Part shown: positions 1 through 11,895 of the stretch, in pieces
How positions within the stretch are numbered: position 1 is the stretch's first letter
Layout of the letters: each line of letters begins with the position of its first letter
From: the human T2T-CHM13v2.0 reference genome, Homo sapiens
NCBI RefSeq assembly: GCF_009914755.1
Contig: NC_060925.1
Reading direction: 5' to 3' (one strand)
DNA: 64,000 nucleotides
The notes under the pieces: model-generated
What the model saw: the letters and a program-made list of their open reading frames with translations, nothing else
The model's database searches: none
What the model was told of the DNA's origin: nothing
Position numbers and translations under genes: made by a program

Positions 1-2719
1 GAATGCACACAACACAAGGAAGTTACTGGGAATTCTTCTGTCTAGCCTTACATGAAAAAACCCGTTTCCAACGAAGGCCTCTAAGTGGTCAAAATATCCA
101 CGTGCAGACTTTACAAACAGAGTGTTTCCAAACCGCTGAATGAAAAGAAAAGTTAAACTCTGAGAGTTGAACGCACACATCACGCAGCAGTTTCTGAGAA
201 TGATTCTGTCTAGTTTTTATACGAAGATATTTCCTTTTCTGCCTTTGGCCCCAAAGCGCTTGAAATCTCCACTTGCAAATTCCACAAAAACAGTGTTTCA
301 AATCTGCTCTCTCTAAATGAAAGTTCAACTCTGTCAGTTGAATACACACAACACAAGGAAGTTACTGAGAATTCTTCTGTCTAGCATAATATGAAGAAAT
401 CCCGTTTCCAACGAAGGCCTCAAAGGGGTCTGAATATCCACTTGCAGACTTTATAAACAGAGTGTTTACTAACTGCTCTATGAAAAGAAAGGTTAAACTC
501 TGTGAGTTGAACACACACATCACAAAGGAGTTTCTGAGAATCATTCTGTCTAGTTTTTCTACGAAGATATTTCCTTTTCTACTATTGACCTGAAAGCGGC
601 TGAAATCTCCACTTGCAAATTCCACAAAAAGAGTGTTTCAAGTCTGCTCTGTGTAAAGGATCGTTCAACTCTGTGAGTTGAATACACACAACACAAGGAA
701 GTTACTGAGAATTCTTCTGTCTAGCAGAATAGGAAGAAATCCCGTTTCCAACGAAGGCCTCAAAGAGGTCTGAATATCCACTTGCAGACTTTACAAACAG
801 AGTGTTTCCTAACTGCTCTATGAAAAGAAAGGTTAAACTCTGTGAGTTGAACACACACATCACAAAGGAGTTTCTGAGAATCGTTCTGTCTAGTTTCTAT
901 AGGAAGATATTTCCTATTCTAAAAATTGACCTCAAAGCGGCTGAAATCTCCACTTGCAAATTCCACAAAAAGAATGTTTCAAGTCTGCTCTGTGTAAAGG
1001 ACCGTTCAACTCTGTGATTTGAATACACACAACACAAGGAAGTTACTGAGAATTATTCTGTCTAGCAGAATATGAAGAAATCCCGTTTCCAACGAAGGCC
1101 CCAAAGAGGTCTGAATATCCACTTTCAGACTTTACAAACAGAGTGTTTCCTAACTGCTCTATGAAAAGAAAAGTTAAACTCTGTGAGTTGAACGCACACA
1201 TCACAAAGGAGTTTATGAGAATCATTCTGTCTAGTCTTTATACGAAGATATTTCCTTTTCTACCATTGACCTCAAAGCGGCTGAAATCTCCACTTTCAAA
1301 TTCCACAAAAGATTGTTTGAAGTCTGCTCTGTGTAAAGGATCGTTCAACTCTGTGAGTAGAATACACACAACACAAGGAAGTTACTGAGAATTCTTCTGT
1401 CTAGCAGAATATGAAGAAATCCCGTTTCCAACGAAGGCCTCAAGGAGGTCTGAATATCCACTTGCAGACTTTACAAACAGAGTGTTTCCTAACTGCTCTA
1501 TGAACAGAAAGGTTAAACTCTGTGAGTTGAACGCACACATCACAAAGGAGTTTCTGAGAATGATTCTGTCTAGTCTTTATACGAAGATATTTACTTTTCT
1601 ACCATTGACTTCAAAGCGGCTGAAATCTCCACCTGCAAATTCCACAAAAAGAGTGTTTCAAGTCTGCTCTGTGTAAAGGATCATTCAACTCTGTGAGTTG
1701 AATAAACACAACACAAGGAAGTTACTGAGAATTCTTCTGTCTAGCAGAATATGAAGAAATCCCGTTTCCAACGAAGGCCTCAAGGAGGTCTGAATATCCA
1801 CTTGCAGACTTTACAAACAGAGTGTTTCCTAACTGCTCTATGAAAAGAAAGGTTAAACTCTGTGAGTTGAACGCACACATCACAAAGGAGTTTATGAGAA
1901 TCATTCTGTCTAGTTTCTATAAGAAGATATTTCCTATTCTACCATTGACCTCAAAGCGGCTGAAATCTCCACTTGCAAATTCCACAAAAAGAGTGTTTCA
2001 AGCCTGCTCTCTGTAAAGGATCCTTCAACTCTGTGAGTTGAATACACACAACACAAGGAAGTTACTGAGAATTATTCTGTCTAGCATAATATGAAGAAAT
2101 CCCGTTTCCAACGAAGGCCTCAAAGAGGTCTGAATATCCACTTGCAGACTTTACAAACAGAGTGTTTCCTAACTGCTCTATGAGAAGAAAAGTTAAACTC
2201 TGTGAGTTGAACGCACACATCACAAAAGATTTTCTGAGAATCATTCTGTCTAGTCTTTATATGAAGATAGTTTCCTTTTCTACCATTGACCTCAAAGCGG
2301 CTGAAATCTCCACTTGCAAATTCCACAAAAAGAGTGTTTCAAGTCTGCTCTGTGTAAAGGATCGTTCAACTCTGTGAGTTGAATACACACAACACAAGGA
2401 AGTTACTGAGAATTCTTCTGTCTAGCAGAATACGAAGAAATCCCGTTTCCAACGAAGGCCACAAGATGTCAGAATATCCACTTACAGACTTTACAAACAG
2501 AGTGTTTCCTAACTGCTCTATGAACAGAAAGGTTAAACTCTGTGAGTTGAACGAACACATCACAACGCAGTTTGTGGGAATGATTCTGTCTAGTTTTGAA
2601 ACGAAGATATTTCCTTTTCTGCCGTTGACCTTAAAGCGCTTGAAATCTACACTTGCAAATTGCACAAATAGAGTGTTTCAAATCTGCTCTGTCTAAGGGA
2701 ACGTTCAACTCTGTGAGTT
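1..2719 (-). repeat. HOR unit U1, full 16-mer, dimers A B C D E F G H
   Basis: Unit starts at gaatgcacac. Dimer markers: A cctctaagtggtc; B caaaggggtc/ttataaac; C atcgttctg/tctatagg/gaatgttt; D tttatgag+ctttatacg; E atgaacag/tttacttt/atcattc; F tctataag/agcctgctctctg/ggatcc; G atgagaag/gatagtttcc; H cacaagatgtc. Confidence 0.9.
231..250 (-). other. A-box (pJ-alpha-type) position in the alternate monomer; example copy, recurs every 340 bp
   Basis: ttccttttctgcctttgg / ttccttttctaccattga lies ~170 bp from each CENP-B box, at the homologous position. It resembles the TTCCTTTTYCACCRTAG pJ-alpha motif only partly. Confidence 0.6.
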
Positions 2720-5436
2720 GAATGCACACAACACAAGGAAGTTACTGGGAATTCTTCTGTCTAGCCTTACATGAAAAAACCCGTTTCCAACGAAGGCCTC
2801 TAAGTGGTCAAAATATCCACGTGCAGACTTTACAAACAGAGTGTTTCCAAACCGCTGAATGAAAAGAAAAGTTAAACTCTGAGAGTTGAACGCACACATC
2901 ACGCAGCAGTTTCTGAGAATGATTCTGTCTAGTTTTTATACGAAGATATTTCCTTTTCTGCCTTTGGCCCCAAAGCGCTTGAAATCTCCACTTGCAAATT
3001 CCACAAAAACAGTGTTTCAAATCTGCTCTCTCTAAATGAAAGTTCAACTCTGTCAGTTGAATACACACAACACAAGGAAGTTACTGAGAATTCTTCTGTC
3101 TAGCATAATATGAAGAAATCCCGTTTCCAACGAAGGCCTCAAAGGGGTCTGAATATCCACTTGCAGACTTTATAAACAGAGTGTTTACTAACTGCTCTAT
3201 GAAAAGAAAGGTTAAACTCTGTGAGTTGAACACACACATCACAAAGGAGTTTCTGAGAATCATTCTGTCTAGTTTTTCTACGAAGATATTTCCTTTTCTA
3301 CTATTGACCTGAAAGCGGCTGAAATCTCCACTTGCAAATTCCACAAAAAGAGTGTTTCAAGTCTGCTCTGTGTAAAGGATCGTTCAACTCTGTGAGTTGA
3401 ATACACACAACACAAGGAAGTTACTGAGAATTCTTCTGTCTAGCAGAATATGAAGAAATCCCGTTTTCAACGAAGGCCTCAAAGGGATCTGAATATCCAC
3501 TTGCAGAATTTACAAACAGTGTTTCCTAACTGCTCTATGAAAAGAAAAGTTAAACTCTGTGAGTTGAACACACACATCACAAAGGAGTTTCTGAGAATCG
3601 TTCTGTCTAGTTTCTATAGGAAGATATTTCCTATTCTACCATTGACCTCAAAGCATCTGAAATCTCCACTTGCAAATTCCACAAAAAGAATGTTTCAAGT
3701 CTGCTCTGTGTAAAGGATCGTTCAACTCTGTGAGTTGAATACACACAACACAAGGAAGTTACTGAGAATTATTCTGTCTAGCATAATATGAAGAAATCCC
3801 GTTTCCAACGAAGGCCTCAAAGAGGTCTGAATATCCACTTGCAGACTTTACAAACAGAGTGTTTCCTAACTGCTCTATGAAAAGAAAAGTTAAACTCTGT
3901 GAGTTGAACGCACACATCACAAAGGAGTTTATGAGAATCATTCTGTCTAGTCTTTATACGAAGATATTTCCTTTTCTACCATTGACCTCAAAGCGGCTGA
4001 AATCTCCACTTTCAAATTCCACAAAAAGAGTGTTTCAAGTCTGCTCTGTGTAAAGGATCGTTCAACTCTGTGAGTAGAATACACACAACACAAGGAAGTT
4101 ACTGAGAATTATTCTGTCTAGCAGAATATGAAGAAATCCCGTTTCCAACGAAGGCCTCAAGGAGGTCTGAATATCCACTTGCAGACTTTACAAACAGAGT
4201 GTTTCCTAACTGCTCTATGAACAGAAAGGTTAAACTCTGTGAGTTGAACGCACACATCACAAAGGAGTTTCTGAGAATCATTCTGTCTTGTCTTTATACG
4301 AAGATATTTACTTTTCTACCATTGACTTCAAAGCGGCTGAAATCTCCACTTGCAAATTCCACAAAAAGAGTGTTTCAAGTCTGCTCTGTGTAAAGGATCA
4401 TTCAACTCTGTGAGTTGAATAAATACAACACAAGGAAGTTACTGAGAATTCTTCTGTCTAGCAGAATATGAAGAAATCCCGTTTCCAACGAAGGCCTCAA
4501 GGAGGTCTGAATATCCACTTGCAGACTTTACAAACAGAGTGTTTCCTAACTGCTCTATGAACAGAAAGGTTAAACTCTGTGAGTTGAACGCACACATCAC
4601 AAAGGAGTTTCTGAGAATCATTCTGTCTAGTCTTTATACGAAGATATTTACTTTTCTACCATTGACTTCAAAGCGGCTGAAATCTCCAGTTGCAAATTCC
4701 ACAAAAAGAGTGTTTCAAGTCTGCTCTGTGTAAAGGATCATTCAACTCTGTGAGTTGAATAAACACAACACAAGGAAGTTACTGAGAATTATTCTGTCTA
4801 GCATAATATGAAGAAATCCCGTTTCCAACGAAGGCCTCAAAGAGGTCTGAATATCCACTTGCAGACTTTACAAACAGAGTGTTTCCTAACTGCTCTATGA
4901 GAAGAAAAGTTAAACTCTGTGAGTTGAACGCACACATCACAAAAGATTTTCTGAGAATCATTCTGTCTAGTCTTTATATGAAGATAGTTTCCTTTTCTAC
5001 CATTGACCTCAAAGCGGCTGAAATCTCCACTTGCAAATTCCACAAAAAGAGTGTTTCAAGTCTGCTCTGTGTAAAGGATCGTTCAACTCTGTGAGTTGAA
5101 TACACACAACACAAGGAAGTTACTGAGAATTCTTCTGTCTAGCAGAATATGAAGAAATCCCGTTTCCAACGAAGGCCACAAGATGTCAGAATATCCACTT
5201 GCAGACTTTACAAACAGAGTGTTTCCTAACTGCTCTATGAACAGAAAGGTTAAACTCTGTGAGTTGAAGGAACACATCACAACGCAGTTTGTGGGAATGA
5301 TTCTGTCTAGTTTTGAAACGAAGATATTTCCTTTTCTGCCGTTGACCTTAAAGCGCTTGAAATCTACACTTGCAAATTGCACAAATAGAGTGTTTCAAAT
5401 CTGCTCTGTCTAAGGGAACGTTCAACTCTGTGAGTT
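2720..5436 (-). repeat. HOR unit U2, 16-mer variant A B C* D E E G H
   Basis: Two consecutive E dimers (ORF echoes at 4199 and 4539) and no F. C* carries a 2-bp deletion near 3519. Confidence 0.88.
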
Positions 5437-7816
5437 GAATGCACACAACACAAGGAAGTTACTGGGAATTCTTCTGTCTAGCCTTACAAGAAAAAAACCC
5501 GTTTCCAACGAAGGCCTCTAAGTGGTCAAAATATCCACGTGCAGACTTTACAAACAGAGTGTTTCCAAACCGCTGAATGAAAAGAAAAGTTAAACTCTGA
5601 GAGTTCAACGCACACATCACGCAGCAGTTTCTGAGAATGATTCTGCCTAGTTTTTATACGAAGATATTTCCTTTTCTGCCTTTGGCCCCAAAGCCCTTGA
5701 AATCTCCACTTGCAAATTCCACAAAAACAGTGTTTCAAATCTGCTCTCTCTAAATGAAAGTTCAACTCTGTCAGTTGAATACACACAACACAAGGAAGTT
5801 ACTGAGAATTCTTCTGTCTAGCATAATATGAAGAAATCCCGTTTCCAACGAAGGCCTCAAAGGGGTCTGAATATCCACTTGCAGACTTTATAAACAGAGT
5901 GTTTACTAACTGCTCTATGAAAAGAAAGGTTAAACTCTGTGAGTTGAACACACACATCACAAAGGAGTTTCTGAGAATCATTCTGTCTAGTTTTTCTACG
6001 AAGATATTTCCTTTTCTACTATTGACCTGAAAGCGGCTGAAATCTCCACTTGCAAATTCCACAAAAAGAGTGTTTCAAGTCTGCTCTGTGTAAAGGATCG
6101 TTCAACTCTGTGAGTTGAATACACACAACACAAGGAAGTTACTGAGAATTCTTCTGTCTAGCAGAATAGGAAGAAATCCCGTTTCCAACGAAGGCCTCAA
6201 AGAGGTCTGAATATCCACTTGCAGACTTTACAAACAGAGTGTTTCCTAACTGCTCTATGAAAAGAAAAGTTAAACTCTGTGAGTTGAACGCACACATCAC
6301 AAAGGAGTTTCTGAGAATCGTTCTGTCTAGTTTCTATAGGAAGATATTTCCTATTCTACCATTGACCTCAAAGCGGCTGAAATCTCCACTTGCAAATTCC
6401 ACAAAAAGAATGTTTCAAGTCTGCTCTGTGTAAAGGATCGTTCAACTCTGTGAGTTGAATACACACAACACAAGGAAGTTACTGAGAATTATTCTGTCTA
6501 GCATAATATGAAGAAATCCCGTTTCCAACGAAGGCCTCAAAGAGGTCTGAATATCCACTTGCAGACTTTACAAACAGAGTGTTTCCTAACTGCTCTATGA
6601 AAAGAAAAGTTAAACTCTGTGAGTTGAACGCACACATCACAAAGGAGTTTATGAGAATCATTCTGTCTAGTCTTTATACGAAGATATTTCCTTTTCTACC
6701 ATTGACCTCAAAGCGGCTGAAATCTCCACTTTCAAATTCCACAAAAAGAGTGTTTCAAGTCTGCTCTGTGTAAAGGATCGTTCAACTCTGTGAGTAGAAT
6801 ACACACAACACAAGGAAGTCACTGAGAATTCTTCTGTCTAGCAGAATATGAAGAAATCCCGTTTCCAACGAAGGCCTCAAGGAGGTCTGAATATCCACTT
6901 GCAGACTTTACAAACAGAGTGTTTCCTAACTGCTCTATGAAAAGAAAGGTTAAACTCTGTGAGTTGAACGCACACATCACAAAGGAGTTTATGAGAATCA
7001 TTCTGTCTAGTTTCTATAAGAAGATATTTCCTATTCTACCATTGACCTCAAAGCGGCTGAAATCTCCACTTGCAAATTCGACAAAAAGAGTGTTTCAAGC
7101 CTGCTCTCTGTAAAGGATCCTTCAACTCTGTGAGTTGAATACACACAACACAAGGAAGTTACTGAGAATTATTCTGTCTAGCATAATATGAAGAAATCCC
7201 GTTTTCAACGAAGGCCTCAAAGAGGTCTGAATATCCACTTGCAGACTTTACAAACAGAGTGTTTCCTAACTGCTCTATGAGAAGAAAAGTTAAACTCTGT
7301 GAGTTGAACGCACACATCACAAAAGATTTTCTGAGAATCATTCTGTCTAGTCTTTATATGAAGATAGTTTCCTTTTCTACCATTGACCTCAAAGCGGCTG
7401 AAATCTCCACTTGCAAATTCCACAAAAAGAGTGTTTCAAGTCTGCTCTGTGTAAAGGATCGTTCAACTCTGTGAGTTGAATACACACAACACAAGGAAGT
7501 TACTGAGAATTCTTCTGTCTAGCAGAATATGAAGAAATCCCGTTTCCAACGAAGGCCACAAGATGTCAGAATATCCACTTGCAGACTTTACAAACAGAGT
7601 GTTTCCTAACTGCTCTATGAACAGAAAGGTTAAACTCTGTGAGTTGAAGGAACACATCACAACGCAGTTTGTGGGAATGATTCTGTCTAGTTTTGAAACG
7701 AAGATATTTCCTTTTCTGCCGTTGACCTTAAAGCGCTTGAAATCTACACTTGCAAATTGCACAAATAGAGTGTTTCAAATCTGCTCTGTCTAAGGGAACG
7801 TTCAACTCTGTGAGTT
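5437..7816 (-). repeat. HOR unit U3, 14-mer A B C D F G H
   Basis: 2380-bp spacing; E markers absent. Confidence 0.9.
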
Positions 7817-10196
7817 GAATGCACACAACACAAGGAAGTTACTGGGAATTCTTCTGTCTAGCCTTACAAGAAAAAAACCCGTTTCCAACGAAGGCCTCTA
7901 AGTGGTCAAAATATCCACGTGCAGACTTTACAAACAGAGTGTTTCCAAACCGCTGAATGAAAAGAAAAGTTAAACTCTGAGAGTTCAACGCACACATCAC
8001 GCAGCAGTTTCTGAGAATGATTCTGTCTAGTTTTTATACGAAGATATTTCCTTTTCTGCCTTTGGCCCCAAAGCCCTTGAAATCTCCACTTGCAAATTCC
8101 ACAAAAACAGTGTTTCAAATCTGCTCTCTCTAAATGAAAGTTCAACTCTGTCAGTTGAATACACACAACACAAGGAAGTTACTGAGAATTCTTCTGTCTA
8201 GCATAATATGAAGAAATCCCGTTTCCAACGAAGGCCTCAAAGGGGTCTGAATATCCACTTGCAGACTTTATAAACAGAGTGTTTACTAACTGCTCTATGA
8301 AAAGAAAGGTTAAACTCTGTGAGTTGAACACACACATCACAAAGGAGTTTCTGAGAATCATTCTGTCTAGTTTTTCTACGAAGATATTTCCTTTTCTACT
8401 ATTGACCTGAAAGCGGCTGAAATCTCCACTTGCAAATTCCACAAAAAGAGTGTTTCAAGTCTGCTCTGTGTAAAGGATCGTTCAACTCTGTGAGTTGAAT
8501 ACACACAACACAAGGAAGTTACTGAGAATTCTTCTGTCTAGCAGAATAGGAAGAAATCCCGTTTCCAACGAAGGCCTCAAAGAGGTCTGAATATCCACTT
8601 GCAGACTTTACAAACAGAGTGTTTCCTAACTGCTCTATGAAAAGAAAAGTTAAACTCTGTGAGTTGAACGCACACATCACAAAGGAGTTTCTGAGAATCG
8701 TTCTGTCTAGTTTCTATAGGAAGATATTTCCTATTCTACCATTGACCTCAAAGCGGCTGAAATCTCCACTTGCAAATTCCACAAAAAGAATGTTTCAAGT
8801 CTGCTCTGTGTAAAGGATCGTTCAACTCTGTGAGTTGAATACACACAACACAAGGAAGTTACTGAGAATTATTCTGTCTAGCATAATATGAAGAAATCCC
8901 GTTTCCAACGAAGGCCTCAAAGAGGTCTGAATATCCACTTGCAGACTTTACAAACAGAGTGTTTCCTAACTGCTCTATGAAAAGAAAAGTTAAACTCTGT
9001 GAGTTGAACGCACACATCACAAAGGAGTTTATGAGAATCATTCTGTCTAGTCTTTATACGAAGATATTTCCTTTTCTACCATTGACCTCAAAGCGGCTGA
9101 AATCTCCACTTTCAAATTCCACAAAAAGAGTGTTTCAAGTCTGCTCTGTGTAAAGGATCGTTCAACTCTGTGAGTAGAATACACACAACACAAGGAAGTC
9201 ACTGAGAATTCTTCTGTCTAGCAGAATATGAAGAAATCCCGTTTCCAACGAAGGCCTCAAGGAGGTCTGAATATCCACTTGCAGACTTTACAAACAGAGT
9301 GTTTCCTAACTGCTCTATGAAAAGAAAGGTTAAACTCTGTGAGTTGAACGCACACATCACAAAGGAGTTTATGAGAATCATTCTGTCTAGTTTCTATAAG
9401 AAGATATTTCCTATTCTACCATTGACCTCAAAGCGGCTGAAATCTCCACTTGCAAATTCGACAAAAAGAGTGTTTCAAGCCTGCTCTCTGTAAAGGATCC
9501 TTCAACTCTGTGAGTTGAATACACACAACACAAGGAAGTTACTGAGAATTATTCTGTCTAGCATAATATGAAGAAATCCCGTTTTCAACGAAGGCCTCAA
9601 AGAGGTCTGAATATCCACTTGCAGACTTTACAAACAGAGTGTTTCCTAACTGCTCTATGAGAAGAAAAGTTAAACTCTGTGAGTTGAACGCACACATCAC
9701 AAAAGATTTTCTGAGAATCATTCTGTCTAGTCTTTATATGAAGATAGTTTCCTTTTCTACCATTGACCTCAAAGCGGCTGAAATCTCCACTTGCAAATTC
9801 CACAAAAAGAGTGTTTCAAGTCTGCTCTGTGTAAAGGATCGTTCAACTCTGTGAGTTGAATACACACAACACAAGGAAGTTACTGAGAATTCTTCTGTCT
9901 AGCAGAATATGAAGAAATCCCGTTTCCAACGAAGGCCACAAGATGTCAGAATATCCACTTGCAGACTTTACAAACAGAGTGTTTCCTAACTGCTCTATGA
10001 ACAGAAAGGTTAAACTCTGTGAGTTGAACGAACACATCACAACGCAGTTTGTGGGAATGATTCTGTCTAGTTTTGAAACGAAGATATTTCCTTTTCTGCC
10101 GTTGACCTTAAAGCGCTTGAAATCTACACTTGCAAATTGCACAAATAGAGTGTTTCAAATCTGCTCTGTCTAAGGGAACGTTCAACTCTGTGAGTT
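7817..10196 (-). repeat. HOR unit U4, 14-mer A B C D F G H
   Basis: Near-identical to U3. Confidence 0.9.
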
Positions 10197-11895
10197 GAAT
10201 GCACACAACACAAGGAAGTTACTGGGAATTCTTCTGTCTAGCCTTACATGAAAAAACCCGTTTCCAACGAAGGCCTCTAAGTGGTCAAAATATACACGTG
10301 CAGACTTTACAAACAGAGTGTTTCCAAACCGCTGAATGAAAAGAAAAGTTAAGCTCTGAGAGTTGAACGCACACATCACGCAGCAGTTTCTGAGAATGAT
10401 TCTGTCTAGTTTTTATACGAAGATATTTCCTTTTCTGCCTTTGGCCCCAAAGCGCTTGAAATCTCCACTTGCAAATTCCACAAAAACAGTGTTTCAAATC
10501 TGCTCTCTCTAAATGAAAGTTCAACTCTGTCAGTTGAATACACACAACACAAGGAAGTTACTGAGAATTCTTCTGTCTAGCATAATATGAAGAAATCCCG
10601 TTTCCAACGAAGGCCTCAAAGGGGTCTGAATATCCACTTGCAGACTTTATAAACAGAGTGTTTACTAACTGCTCTATGAAAAGAAAGGTTAAACTCTGTG
10701 AGTTGAACACACACATCACAAAGGAGTTTCTGAGAATCATTCTGTCTAGTTTTTCTACGAAGATATTTCCTTTTCTACTATTGACCTGAAAGCGGCTGAA
10801 ATCTCCACTTGCAAATTCCACAAAAAGAGTGTTTCAAGTCTGCTCTGTGTAAAGGATCGTTCAACTCTGTGAGTAGAATACACACAACACAAGGAAGTCA
10901 CTGAGAATTCTTCTGTCTAGCAGAATATGAAGAAATCCCGTTTCCAACGAAGGCCTCAAGGAGGTCTGAATATCCACTTGCAGACTTTACAAACAGAGTG
11001 TTTCCTAACTGCTCTATGAAAAGAAAGGTTAAACTCTGTGAGTTGAACGCACACATCACAAAGGAGTTTATGAGAATCATTCTGTCTAGTTTCTATAAGA
11101 AGATATTTCCTATTCTACCATTGACCTCAAAGCGGCTGAAATCTCCACTTGCAAATTCGACAAAAAGAGTGTTTCAAGCCTGCTCTCTGTAAAGGATCCT
11201 TCAACTCTGTGAGTTGAATACACACAACACAAGGAAGTTACTGAGAATTATTCTGTCTAGCATAATATGAAGAAATCCCGTTTCCAACGAAGGCCTCAAA
11301 GAGGTCTGAATATCCACTTGCAGACTTTACAAACAGAGTGTTTCCTAACTGCTCTATGAGAAGAAAAGTTAAACTCTGTGAGTTCAACGCACACATCACA
11401 AAAGATTTTCTGAGAATCATTCTGTCTAGTCTTTATATGAAGATAGTTTCCTTTTCTACCATTGACCTCAAAGCGGCTGAAATCTCCACTTGCAAATTCC
11501 ACAAAAAGAGTGTTTCAAGTCTGCTCTGTGTAAAGGATCGTTCAACTCTGTGAGTTGAATACACACAACACAAGGAAGTTACTGAGAATTCTTCTGTCTA
11601 GCAGAATATGAAGAAATCCCGTTTCCAACGAAGGCCACAAGATGTCAGAATATCCACTTGCAGACTTTACAAACAGAGTGTTTCCTAACTGCTCTATGAA
11701 CAGAAAGGTTAAACTCTGTGAGTTGAACGAACACATCACAACGCAGTTTGTGGGAATGATTCTGTCTAGTTTTGAAACGAAGATATTTCCTTTTCTGCCG
11801 TTGACCTTAAAGCGCTTGAAATCTACACTTGCAAATTGCACAAATAGAGTGTTTCAAATCTGCTCTGTCTAAGGGAACGTTCAACTCTGTGAGTT
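10197..11895 (-). repeat. HOR unit U5, 10-mer A B F G H
   Basis: 1699-bp spacing; the B end carries the D-end marker gagtagaat and is followed by gtcactgag. Confidence 0.9.

Noticed and set aside
96-104. tccacgtg as a yeast CDEI-like centromere element
   Set aside because: It does not match RTCACRTG exactly, a 6-mer is expected by chance in a 2.7-kb unit, and point-centromere elements are not known in primates.
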